Below, one piece after another: positions 50,921-59,998 of a stretch of 64,000 nt of DNA (positions are counted from its first letter, which is position 1; each line of letters begins with the position of its first letter). Source of the stretch: Capsulimonadales bacterium (GTDB taxonomy: Bacteria; Armatimonadota; Armatimonadia; Armatimonadales; Armatimonadaceae); assembly GCA_033762295.1 (NCBI GenBank), contig JANRLW010000071.1:1-64000 (forward strand), given 5' to 3'. Position numbers and translations under genes: made by a program. The notes below the pieces were generated by a model. The model did not search any database. It had not been told where the DNA came from and saw only the letters and a program-made list of their open reading frames with translations.

Positions 50921-50950
50921 AGGTCACCACTTGCCACCACTCGCCACCAC
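50921..50950 (-). promoter_or_regulatory. MraZ binding direct repeats
   Basis: Minus strand GTGGTGGCGA GTGGTGGCAA GTGGTGACCT, 10-bp periodic, directly downstream of the -10. Confidence 0.8.
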
Positions 50951-50957
50951 TGCGAGG

Positions 50958-50986
50958 ATTGTATGACATCCCCCCCGCCATGTCAA
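50958..50986 (-). promoter_or_regulatory. dcw (mraZ) promoter
   Basis: Minus strand TTGACA-17 bp-TACAAT. Confidence 0.85.
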
Positions 50987-51025
50987 CGTCTGTCGGTCGA
51001 ATTACCCGTTTTTTTTATCAAAGCA

Positions 51026-51072
51026 CTACCGTATATGGGTTTTTTGCCACGCCTGGCCCCAACATATAGTGT
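51026..51072. promoter_or_regulatory. Tandem NrdR-box-like sites in the mraZ / ROK intergenic region
   Basis: ctaccgtatatgggtt (51026-51041) and ccccaacatatagtgt (51057-51072), starts 31 bp apart. Confidence 0.55.
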
Positions 51073-51237
51073 CCCCGAACCCGTTCGCGGACAGGGTTCG
51101 TACCACCTCCGGACCGCCTGCGGCCTTCCGCCCGGCGAGGGTTCGCCTCCACCTGCCACCACCGGGGCCCTTTTTCCCCGAGAGTTGCCGTCCCCCCCTT
51201 GCGGACGGTGGCGATTTCGGGTGGCCGGTGGAGGCCA

Positions 51238-51323
51238 GGGGAGATTTGGGGAGGTTTGGGGAGGCCGGGGGAGGTTTGGGGGAGGTTTGGGGGGCCGAAG
51301 GAGGCACGGAGGGAGGCACGGGG
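51238..51323 (+). repeat. G-rich tandem repeats
   Basis: ggggaggttt unit repeated about three times with variants, then ggaggcacgg twice. Confidence 0.8.
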
Positions 51324-51433
51324 CGAACATCGACCCGTCGCACGGCAAGGCCGCCCTCCGGACGAAGGGATTCATCGGGCATCGGGAGAATCTATTCCGG
51401 CAAAGAACCCTACTTACAGGAAACCGAAATCAG

Positions 51434-52423
51434 ATGCAACCGATTACCGATGCCCCATATATCCTCGGTGTGGACCTCGGCGGAACGAATGTCCGGGCCG
51501 CCGTTCTCGACCGTGCGGGGAAGCTTCTGGGATCGGGACGTGCCTCGTCCTACGCGACGGAGGGCGTCCCCGCGACCATCACGCAGATCGTTACCGCCGC
51601 CGGCACCGCTATGGAAACGGCCGGCGTCCGCAAGGAAGACGTGGCCGGACTCGGAATCGGTTGTCCGGGACATATCGATGACCGGAATGGCGTCGTTCTG
51701 TGGGCGCCCAACTTCTTCGAACAGGGACTTCCCTGGCGCAAGGTCACTCTGGCCGAGCCGATCAGCCAGCAGATCGGTCTTCCCGTCTTCATGGGCAACG
51801 ATGCCAACGTCGCCGCGCTCGGCGAGTTTCGCTTCGGAGCGGGACGCGCGGTCCGTACCATGGTCATGGTCACCCTGGGCACCGGCATCGGCGGCGGCAT
51901 CATCCTGGATGGCAAACTCTGGACCGGTTCCTCCGGCGGTGCCGGTGAGATCGGCCATATCATCGTCGCGGCCGGACAGCGGGGCGGGGCCGCAGTCTTC
52001 GGCGCGCTGGAAAGCATGGGGCAGATCGCCGCCATCAACGAGTGTGCGGCACGCAAGATCTGCTCCGGACGCAAAACCGTCCTCACCGAAAAAGTCGACG
52101 ACTGGCACTTCCTGGAACCCAAAGTCATCGCCGAGGCGGCGAATGAGGGCGATGCCGTGGCAATCGAAGTTTTTGAAGAGGTCGGTTATTTTATCGGCCT
52201 TGGAATCGCGTCGATGATCAACCTTCTCGACCCGGAGATGGTCGTCATCGGCGGGGGCGTCGCCCAGGCCGGAGAACTGATCTTCGACCCGATCCGTCGT
52301 TCGACCCGCGCCAACGGCATTCCGTCGCTTGTCGCGCACTGTCCGCTCGTCCCGGCCGAACTGGGCGACGACGCCGGGATTTACGGCGGGGCGTCGCTGG
52401 TGCTGGACGCGATCGAATCCTGA
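51434..52423 (+). CDS. ROK-family sugar kinase (glucokinase-like)
   Basis: GVDLGGTN, GIGCPG, NDANVAALGE, TLGTGIGGG, GEIGH. Confidence 0.92.
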   Translation: MQPITDAPYILGVDLGGTNVRAAVLDRAGKLLGSGRASSYATEGVPATITQIVTAAGTAMETAGVRKEDVAGLGIGCPGHIDDRNGVVLWAPNFFEQGLPWRKVTLAEPISQQIGLPVFMGNDANVAALGEFRFGAGRAVRTMVMVTLGTGIGGGIILDGKLWTGSSGGAGEIGHIIVAAGQRGGAAVFGALESMGQIAAINECAARKICSGRKTVLTEKVDDWHFLEPKVIAEAANEGDAVAIEVFEEVGYFIGLGIASMINLLDPEMVVIGGGVAQAGELIFDPIRRSTRANGIPSLVAHCPLVPAELGDDAGIYGGASLVLDAIES

Positions 52424-52454
52424 TCCGACACCGAAAAATCCGTTCGGCGACGCG

Positions 52455-52482
52455 AAACGGCCTGCAAACGCAGGCCGTTTTT
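52455..52482 (+). terminator. Intrinsic terminator after the ROK kinase
   Basis: aaacggcctgc / gcaggccgttt stem followed by a T-rich tail. Confidence 0.8.
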
Positions 52483-52680
52483 GTTTCAGGTGTTTGAAAC
52501 ACTTTTAAGCCAAATTTCAGGAACAAACGTTTCGCTCAGTGCGTACATCCCAAAAATTTACGGTTAACGCCCGCTCACTTGATGAAAATCGAGAGGAATG
52601 ATATGAAACAAACGCATCCCCAATCTGCGTAGGAATGAACAGGGTGGCCTTCGGAGGCGCCCTTTCGAAGGAGAATTGAT

Positions 52681-53538
52681 TTGACTTCCATGACCAAACA
52701 CCCGGCAACGGGTTTCAATCGGAAGGCGTTCACACTGATCGAGCTGCTCGTCGTCATCGCCATTATCGCGATTCTGGCGGCCATCCTGTTCCCCGTGTTC
52801 GCCCAGGCTCGCGAAAAGGCTCGATCCGTTTCCTGCCTTTCCAATATCAAACAGATCGGTCTGTCCGTTCTTATGTACGGACAGGACTACGATGAGGTCT
52901 TCCCGATGGGCCTGACCTCGAACTGGCAAAGCGGATGGCCGGTCGCCGTTCAGCCGTATACCAAGAGCGTCGATCTGTTCCGCTGTCCGAGCGATAGCGA
53001 CCGCTCCTACGGAGCGTATGGCACGGCGAATGACGCTCAGTACTGGGTCGGCGTTCCGATCTCCTACGCCTCCAACGGGATCATTATGTGGGACAATAAC
53101 GCCCAGCAAAATATCAACAAGGGCATTATGAGCATCGCCGACAGTTCCTGGGTCGGCAACAGCGTCACCGCGATGGCGGGCGTCAATCGACCGGCGGACA
53201 CCATCCTGCTGACCGAAGTGCACAACGGTGACGCCATGCGTACGACCGGCAATCCGGCCGGCACCTGGGGCAACTTCAGCAACTTCGGACCCGGTTCGGT
53301 CATCGCCAACATCAACTGGGACGACCGGACGATGCCGCGCGGAATTGCGCCGAACGGCACCCGACCGGCCAGCAATCCGTACCCGACCGGCCCGACCGGT
53401 TCGCTGTCCACCCGCCACTCGGAAATGACCAACTTTACGTTCGCCGACGGTCACTCCAAGGCGATGCGCGCGGCGCAGACCAACCCGGACCCGGATAACC
53501 GCCCGCAGGATAACATGTGGGATGCGACCCGCCCGTAA
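52681..53538 (+). CDS. Prepilin-type N-methylation / DUF1559 / H-X9-DG domain protein
   Basis: [61 protein letters not shown]. Confidence 0.93.
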   Translation: MTSMTKHPATGFNRKAFTLIELLVVIAIIAILAAILFPVFAQAREKARSVSCLSNIKQIGLSVLMYGQDYDEVFPMGLTSNWQSGWPVAVQPYTKSVDLFRCPSDSDRSYGAYGTANDAQYWVGVPISYASNGIIMWDNNAQQNINKGIMSIADSSWVGNSVTAMAGVNRPADTILLTEVHNGDAMRTTGNPAGTWGNFSNFGPGSVIANINWDDRTMPRGIAPNGTRPASNPYPTGPTGSLSTRHSEMTNFTFADGHSKAMRAAQTNPDPDNRPQDNMWDATRP

Positions 53539-53572
53539 TCACCGGGAGTCATCGAACCGAAAGGAGATCCCG

Positions 53573-53788
53573 ATGCGTTTCGTTTCCCCGACGCTTCTGG
53601 CAGTGACCGTTCTGGGGGCGCTGACCCTGCTGACCGGTTGTTCCGAGCCGGCCAGCAAACCGGCGACGACCAACGACGTGAAAAGCTTCCGCGGGGGTGA
53701 GATGCCGCCCGAAGTCCGCCAGAAAATAGAGGCCACACGCCGGAACGCCGCTCAGGGCGCCGCTTCCGGCGGTCAGGCCGTCCGGTAA
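53573..53788 (+). CDS. Small lipoprotein (71 aa) downstream of the DUF1559 gene
   Basis: aaggag SD; hydrophobic signal with lipobox LTGC. Confidence 0.78.
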   Translation: MRFVSPTLLAVTVLGALTLLTGCSEPASKPATTNDVKSFRGGEMPPEVRQKIEATRRNAAQGAASGGQAVR

Positions 53789-53807
53789 GGCGGAAGCCGT
53801 CCGGTAA

Positions 53808-54575
53808 TTACCCCGCCCCGTCTCCCCCGATGCGCCCGGCCCGATCCTGTCGGTTACCGGGTGGCACGGAGACGGGGCGTTCCGGTCCGTGCCTGTACCT
53901 CGTCTCCGAACGAACCTTCTCTTCCGCCGCCGCCTGAAGACGATTGATGGCCTCCGTCACCCGCGCCGCCGCCGCCGTCCAGTCCTCCCCCTCGCGGATG
54001 AAGATCGGCTCCCCGAAGATCCATCGGGCGCGCGCGAACGGACGCGGTATCAGGAACCGATCCCAGGAATCCGTTTCCCAACGGGGCCAGGCGGCGATTC
54101 CCGCCGGAATGATCGGCTTTCCGGATTTCAAAGCGAAGTAGACCACCCCCGGCTGCGCGACACCGGCCGGTCCCCGTGGCCCGTCCGGAGTGAAGGCCAG
54201 AACCCCTCCCTTGTCGAGCAGATTCAGCACCTCGCGCGCCGCCGCCGCCCCCCGGCGGTTGGTCGATCCCCGGATCACTTTCAGACCGCAGGCCGCAAGA
54301 TACGCCGCCAGAAAGTCTCCGTCCCGCGACAGCGAAACCAGCGTATGGTAACCGATCCGCCCGCGCCCGCGAAAATGGTCGATCGGTATCATCGTCCGAC
54401 CGTGCCAGGTGACGAACAAACAGCCGCCGTGTTGAGCGATCAGCGCTTCGCTCTCCGCCTCGCGCTCAATCGTCAACCGGAGGGTCGCGCAGAGGCACCG
54501 CACGACGCCCACCGTGATCCGCGCCAGAATCCGATTCTTCGGAGAGACGGGGCGGGGACGTTCCGGTTCCTTCAT
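53808..54575 (-). CDS. DUF374 lysophospholipid acyltransferase (LpxJ-like)
   Basis: WHGR, SLSRDGD, IRGS..R.G, TPDGPRGP, SWDRFLIP.PF; last gene of the lpx operon. Confidence 0.85.
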   Translation of the reverse strand: MKEPERPRPVSPKNRILARITVGVVRCLCATLRLTIEREAESEALIAQHGGCLFVTWHGRTMIPIDHFRGRGRIGYHTLVSLSRDGDFLAAYLAACGLKVIRGSTNRRGAAAAREVLNLLDKGGVLAFTPDGPRGPAGVAQPGVVYFALKSGKPIIPAGIAAWPRWETDSWDRFLIPRPFARARWIFGEPIFIREGEDWTAAAARVTEAINRLQAAAEEKVRSETRYRHGPERPVSVPPGNRQDRAGRIGGDGAG

Positions 54576-56371
54576 GCCGCTCCCTCCGACGTTTCGGAGC
54601 CAATGGCCGCGGATCGCCGTTGAGTCTCGAAGAGAGCGGCATAGACCCCGTTTCTTGCCATCAGTTCCGCGTGCGTTCCCATCTCGGCGATACAGCCTCC
54701 CCGCTTCAGCACCACGATCTTATCCGCGTTGACAATGGTCGAAAGGCGATGCGCGATGAGGAGGGTGGTCCGTCCTTTCATCAGCCTTTCCAGCGCCTCC
54801 TGCACCATGGCTTCGGTCGCCGCGTCCAGCGCGGACGTCGCTTCGTCGAGGATCAGGATTCGTGGGTCCGCCAGCAGTGCGCGGGCAATCGCGATCCGCT
54901 GACGCTGTCCGCCGGACACGGACGCGCCCCGTTCGGCGATTCGCGACGCGTATCCGTCCGGCAGACTTTCGATAAAGGGCGCGATATTGGCCGCACGCGC
55001 CGCTTCGGCGACCTCGGCGTCGGTCGCCTCCGGTCTGCCGTAGGCGATGTTGTCCCGTATGGTCCCGGAAAACAGCAGCGTGTCCTGCGGGACGATGCCG
55101 ATCTGTCGTCGCAAGGAGGCGACGGTCACCGTGCGCAGGTCCACCCCGTCCACCCGTACCGCGCCACCGGTCGGATCGTAGAACCGGGGAACCAGATCGG
55201 CCAGCGTCGTCTTGCCCGCGCCGGTCTCCCCGACCAGCGCGACGACCTGCCCCGGTTCGATCGTCAGGTCGATCCCCGACAGGACGGGGATGCCGGGCAC
55301 ATAGGCGAACTCCACCCGGTCAAACTCGATACGTCCCTGAATCGTCGGCAGGTCCTTCGCACCCGGTGCGTCCCGGATGTCCGGCGTCACATCCAGAATT
55401 TCGGAAAAGATGCGGTCGGCCGCGCCCATCATCTCCTCCCATCCCGCCTTCAGGTTTCCCATACCGTTCGCGGCGTTCGCCACTAAGCTGGCGATTCCGA
55501 TGAACGCGATCAGGCTCCCTGAGTTCATCTGCTGGGCGACCACCTGCTGGCCGCCGAAGAAGAGGATGGCCGACACACCCGCCGCGCCGATCACATCCAC
55601 GATCGGTCCCAGTCGACCGGAACGACGCACGACTTTCAACTGGCTATTGACGGCCAGGTCGCTGACGGTTTCGAACCGTTTCAGTTCGCGATCCTCCGCG
55701 ACGAAGGCTCGAACGATTCGGGGCGCGGAGATGGTCTCCTCCATCACCGCCGAAACGTCCGCCAGCCGTTCCTGGGTGGTCTGCGAAATACGGCGAAGCC
55801 GGCGTGTCAGCCGCTGAATGGCGACGGCGATGAAGGGCACGACCAGCAACGTGAAGAAGGTCATCTGCCAGGAGATGGAGATCATAAACCCCAGATAGAT
55901 CACGAGCTGCAACGGCGTCGCGACAATCTCCTTCATCATCATCGCTGCGTTCTGCAGTTTGGCGACATCGTTGGTGAGGGCGGACATCAACGCGCCGGTC
56001 CGTCGCTGATGGAAGTAGGCCAGAGACAGGGTTTGCAGATGGGCGTAGATATCGCGTCGTATGCGTACTCCGACCCGCTGCGCTACGGTTGCAAGAAGCA
56101 CGTTCTGGGCATATTTCAAAACGCCCATCACCGCGTACAACCCGACGACACCGACGCAGACCCAGGCCAGCGTTCCGACATTCCCCCGGTTCAGGCTTTC
56201 GATGTAGACGCTGATTTGCTTCATGATCCATCCCTGAATCGACGCGACGGTCGTTCCGGCCACGAGGCCGCCGATCAGGGGGAAACGGTACTGTGCCAGA
56301 TAGCCGAGGAGGCGGCGACGGATCTCCACGGGCGATAGGGAAGAACCGTTTCGGGGGGCGGGAGCAGACAT
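54572..56371 (-). CDS. msbA: Lipid A flippase MsbA-like ABC transporter
   Basis: TM domain plus GETGAGKTT, VSGGQRQR, LDEATSALD; lpx operon context. Confidence 0.88.
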   Translation of the reverse strand: MSAPAPRNGSSLSPVEIRRRLLGYLAQYRFPLIGGLVAGTTVASIQGWIMKQISVYIESLNRGNVGTLAWVCVGVVGLYAVMGVLKYAQNVLLATVAQRVGVRIRRDIYAHLQTLSLAYFHQRRTGALMSALTNDVAKLQNAAMMMKEIVATPLQLVIYLGFMISISWQMTFFTLLVVPFIAVAIQRLTRRLRRISQTTQERLADVSAVMEETISAPRIVRAFVAEDRELKRFETVSDLAVNSQLKVVRRSGRLGPIVDVIGAAGVSAILFFGGQQVVAQQMNSGSLIAFIGIASLVANAANGMGNLKAGWEEMMGAADRIFSEILDVTPDIRDAPGAKDLPTIQGRIEFDRVEFAYVPGIPVLSGIDLTIEPGQVVALVGETGAGKTTLADLVPRFYDPTGGAVRVDGVDLRTVTVASLRRQIGIVPQDTLLFSGTIRDNIAYGRPEATDAEVAEAARAANIAPFIESLPDGYASRIAERGASVSGGQRQRIAIARALLADPRILILDEATSALDAATEAMVQEALERLMKGRTTLLIAHRLSTIVNADKIVVLKRGGCIAEMGTHAELMARNGVYAALFETQRRSAAIGSETSEGAA

Positions 56372-56393
56372 GGTCAGGCTATTCTACCGTCTC

Positions 56394-57761
56394 TCAGGTA
56401 CGTCGGTTCCCGGCGTCCGCCAGTTCCAGAACCATTTCGGCCGTCCGGCCCGCGCCGCCGGGCGTGCCCAGAAGACGAACGACGTTCCGAAGGTCCTCGC
56501 GCATCCGCAAAATCCGATCGGGTTCGAGCAATAGCCCGATCACCTCCCCGGCAAGGTTTTCCGGTGTCGCGGCATCCTGTACCAGTTCCGGGCAGATGTT
56601 GCGGTCGGCCAGCAGGTTCGGCATTCCGATGAAGCGAGGAATCCCTTTCCTCACGAGCATATATTCGAGCCAGTTGCTGCTGGCAAGGCGGTAGGTGATG
56701 ACCATCGGCTTGCCAAGGATCGCTCCCTCCAGAGTCACCGTCCCGGAGGTGACCAGAAGGACGTCGGAAACGCCCATCACATCGTAGGTCGCATCCTCGA
56801 CGATCGCGATGGGGACGTCGCTCGAGGGGGTTTCGGGAATATCGGCGGCGCGCGCCAGCCATTTCTTTCGTTGTTCCTCGAGTTCGGCGGGGGTCAGCGG
56901 CGCGCCACGCCCCTCAGCCATCACCGGCAGCGTGCCGACCGGCGGAATCTCCGCCTTGTTGTCGAAGGCCGCGGCGGCTTTTTGCCGTTCGGTCTCCGCC
57001 TGACGCTCCGCGCGTTCGCGCCGAATCGCCGCCTCGATGGCCTCGCGATCGACGGTCGGCGCCAGTCCGATCAGGAACTGTACCGCCGGCACACGTTGAT
57101 GGATGATGCTGGCCGCCGCCAGCTGCGCGGGCAGGATCGCTTCTATCTCCTGCAGGCGGCTTCCGGGGAAGATGCCGACCACCGGCTTTTCGCGGTCCAC
57201 CCCGTGCCGGGCGGCAAACGTTTCCGACGATTCCTGGGGGTGAACCAGGTCCAGCAGCGGATGACCGACGAACGTCGCCTCGATCCCGAGGCGGCGCAGT
57301 TCGGTTTCGCTCCACGGGAAGGGGGTCGCGACTCTATCCGCCAGGTGTTCCAGCGGGCTGCTTTTCAGAGTGCGTCGCCAGGAACCGGGCGGGAAATAGT
57401 AAAGAATCTTGGTGTCGGGCAGGTGTTTACGGACGAACGGGCAGACGCCCTGAAGGCCGGCGAAGCCGATATTGAACCCGCCCGCATCGATCGGAATGAC
57501 GACATCGGGGCGGCGTTTGAGCAGTTCCTTCCGGAGGAACCCCAGGGCGTTCAGAATGCGCGGAAATATCCGGACGGCGGCAGCCGCGCCGACGACGCCC
57601 CAGCGCGCGGAATCGATCGTCACTTCGACGCCGGCGGCGCGCAGGTATTTACCGCCCGTTCCCCAGAGTTCGACGTCCGGGTGGCGTTTCCGTATCTCCT
57701 GCGCCAGCTGGCCACCGACACGGTCGCCGGACGCTTCCCCGGTAATGATGGCGATATTCAT
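56394..57761 (-). CDS. lpxB: Lipid-A-disaccharide synthase with an internal insertion
   Basis: GEASGD..G, FVGHPL, PGSR..E, SGTVTLE, PMVITY, PELVQ. Confidence 0.92.
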   Translation of the reverse strand: MNIAIITGEASGDRVGGQLAQEIRKRHPDVELWGTGGKYLRAAGVEVTIDSARWGVVGAAAAVRIFPRILNALGFLRKELLKRRPDVVIPIDAGGFNIGFAGLQGVCPFVRKHLPDTKILYYFPPGSWRRTLKSSPLEHLADRVATPFPWSETELRRLGIEATFVGHPLLDLVHPQESSETFAARHGVDREKPVVGIFPGSRLQEIEAILPAQLAAASIIHQRVPAVQFLIGLAPTVDREAIEAAIRRERAERQAETERQKAAAAFDNKAEIPPVGTLPVMAEGRGAPLTPAELEEQRKKWLARAADIPETPSSDVPIAIVEDATYDVMGVSDVLLVTSGTVTLEGAILGKPMVITYRLASSNWLEYMLVRKGIPRFIGMPNLLADRNICPELVQDAATPENLAGEVIGLLLEPDRILRMREDLRNVVRLLGTPGGAGRTAEMVLELADAGNRRT

Positions 57762-57807
57762 GGTCCGTCGTCGTCCGTTACGTGGTTCCGGTTCGCTGCG
57801 CGGCGGA

Positions 57808-58605
57808 CTATTTGCGGCGCGGCCGATCGTTGGCGCGGCCGAACCCGCCTTCGCCCATCTGCTTGATAAATTCGGTCAGGTGGACGATTTCCGGGGTCGG
57901 TTCCACCTCCTCCTCGATCGCTTCGAGTGCCTGGGAGACATTCAGATTGGACCGGTAGAGAAGTTTATAGGCCTGTTTCAGCGCCGCGCGCGCCGCCGCC
58001 GGGACACCGGCCCGACGCACGCCCCGAACATTGAGGTCCAGAACGTCGGCCGGACGACCGTCCGCCAGCATAAACGGCGGCACATCGGTCACCACTTTCG
58101 AATACCCCCCCAGCATCGCCAGTTTCCCGACGCGGACGAATTGATGGATGCCTACCATCCCGCCGATCACCACGCTATCCGCCAGGGTAATATGCCCCGA
58201 AAGCCCGGCATAGGACGAAATCATCGATCCGTTCCCGAGGACGCAGTTGTGGCCGACATGTACGTACGCCATGATCAGGTTGTCATTCCCGACCGTCGTC
58301 GCCTGTTCTTCGCCGGTCGCGCGGTGGATCGTTACATACTCACGAATCTGATTCCGATCACCGATCCGAACATAGGAACGTTCGCCCTTGAACTTGTTAT
58401 CCTGGGGAGGACCGCCCAGCACCGCTCCGGCGCGGATCAGGCATTCCTGACCGATCAGGGTATACTCTTCCAGAACGACGTGCGGCCCGATCACCGTTCC
58501 CTCGCCGATCCGGCAGTTGGGACCGATAACCGTATAGGCGCCGATTTCCACATTCTCTTCCACGACCGTGGAAGGATCGATGACGGCGGTCGGATGAATC
58601 TTCAA
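57808..58605 (-). CDS. lpxA: UDP-N-acetylglucosamine acyltransferase; TTG start inferred
   Basis: IHPTAVID, hexapeptide repeats, PQD.KF, IREYVTIHRAT, HQFVRVG. Confidence 0.96.
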   Translation of the reverse strand: MKIHPTAVIDPSTVVEENVEIGAYTVIGPNCRIGEGTVIGPHVVLEEYTLIGQECLIRAGAVLGGPPQDNKFKGERSYVRIGDRNQIREYVTIHRATGEEQATTVGNDNLIMAYVHVGHNCVLGNGSMISSYAGLSGHITLADSVVIGGMVGIHQFVRVGKLAMLGGYSKVVTDVPPFMLADGRPADVLDLNVRGVRRAGVPAAARAALKQAYKLLYRSNLNVSQALEAIEEEVEPTPEIVHLTEFIKQMGEGGFGRANDRPRRK

Positions 58606-58621
58606 GATTTTGCCGTCCTTG

Positions 58622-59995
58622 CTAAATGATCGCATCTCCGTCGACGCTGTCGCGCGCGACCAGGGCGAACGCGATATCCGCTTCGCACACCAGTTTCCCC
58701 GCCACATGCGCGGTCGCCTTGACCCAGCCCATTCCCGATCGTTCCTTCAACATGGTGATTTCCGCCCGGACGGTATCGCCGGGCAACACGGGTTTCCGAA
58801 AACGGGCTTTCTCGATTCCTGCCAGATAGGCGAGTTTCCCCTGATGCTCCTCGACCAGCAATTGCATCACGCCGCCGACCTGCGCCAACATCTCGATAAT
58901 CAGCACACCCGGCATGATCGGGTGTCCGGGGAAATGCCCGACGAAGAACGGTTCGTTCATCGTGACATTCTTCTCAGCGACAATGCGCTTCCCGGGTTCC
59001 ACTTCAAGAATACGATCGACCAGGAGAAAAGGGTAACGGTGCGGCAATATGCGCAGAATGTCCTTCGCCTCCAGGGCGACGGGCCGCGGTTTGCCCGGTA
59101 TTTCCTCGTTTTCCAACAGGCTTTCCTTATGGTTCGTACGGATTCGCTGCGCGGCAATCGCTCGCGCCGCTTCCACGTTTAATCGATGGCTGGGTTTCAC
59201 TGCGATTATATCAGCAACCGGAAGAGATTGACCGTCACTTAGCAGCAAGTCGCCCAGGAGGTCCAGCAATTTGTGGCGAGCGAGTTCGTTATCAAACCGC
59301 AACGGAGCGGAATAACGATCGGGGTAGACGATCACCGCATTGTCGAGAGATCCGCCCCGGGCCAATCCCGCCGCCCGCAGCGCTTCGACCTCCTCGATGA
59401 ACCCGAAGGTGCGCGCCGGCGCAATCTCGCGTTCGTAATCGTCATGATCCGGTTCGAATCGCGCGACCTGGGTTCCGACCAGAGGGTGATCGAACGCGGC
59501 GGTGACGGTGATTTTCAGTCGATCGGACGGATAACAGGCAACGAAACTGCCGCCTTTCCCGGTGACCAGGACCGGTTCCCGAAGACGGAACGTCCCGACC
59601 GGCACGTCCGAATCGGTGTCACGGAACCCGACCCGCATCAGAGCCTCGGTCCAGATCGACGCGCTGCCGTCACCGATGGGCAACTCCGGTCCGTCCGTCT
59701 CGATCCGCAGATCGGTGATGCCCAGTCCGGCGCAGGCCGAAAGCAGATGCTCGACCGTCGAGAGACGGAGTTCGTCCCGCCCCAGAACCGTGCAACGGGC
59801 CGTATCGACGACATTGTCGACGGTCGGCGGCAGTTCCGCTCCTTCACGAACGAGGAAAAAGCCGATCCCCGCCTCCGGCGAAGCCGGGCGCAAAACAACG
59901 GTCGCGGATGCGCCGGTGTGGATACCGACCCCCGCGACCGTCACCGGCCCGGCTATCGTGCGACGCGGCCGTCGTCCGCCGTCCGACGGCATCAT
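58622..59995 (-). CDS. lpxC: Bifunctional LpxC deacetylase / FabZ dehydratase fusion
   Basis: Lpx[34 protein letters not shown]; Fab[25 protein letters not shown]. Confidence 0.95.
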   Translation of the reverse strand: MMPSDGGRRPRRTIAGPVTVAGVGIHTGASATVVLRPASPEAGIGFFLVREGAELPPTVDNVVDTARCTVLGRDELRLSTVEHLLSACAGLGITDLRIETDGPELPIGDGSASIWTEALMRVGFRDTDSDVPVGTFRLREPVLVTGKGGSFVACYPSDRLKITVTAAFDHPLVGTQVARFEPDHDDYEREIAPARTFGFIEEVEALRAAGLARGGSLDNAVIVYPDRYSAPLRFDNELARHKLLDLLGDLLLSDGQSLPVADIIAVKPSHRLNVEAARAIAAQRIRTNHKESLLENEEIPGKPRPVALEAKDILRILPHRYPFLLVDRILEVEPGKRIVAEKNVTMNEPFFVGHFPGHPIMPGVLIIEMLAQVGGVMQLLVEEHQGKLAYLAGIEKARFRKPVLPGDTVRAEITMLKERSGMGWVKATAHVAGKLVCEADIAFALVARDSVDGDAII

Positions 59996-59998
59996 CCG

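Noticed and set aside
51238..51323. Repeats as a CRISPR array
   Set aside because: Units are about 10 bp with no unique spacers and no cas genes; no CRISPR array seen in the window
50963..51433. N-terminal 157-aa extension of the ROK ORF
   Set aside because: Runs through promoters and G-rich repeats; ROK homology starts near 51434
52600..52670. Hairpins upstream of the DUF1559 gene as a riboswitch
   Set aside because: No aptamer consensus that I recognise; only short GC stems
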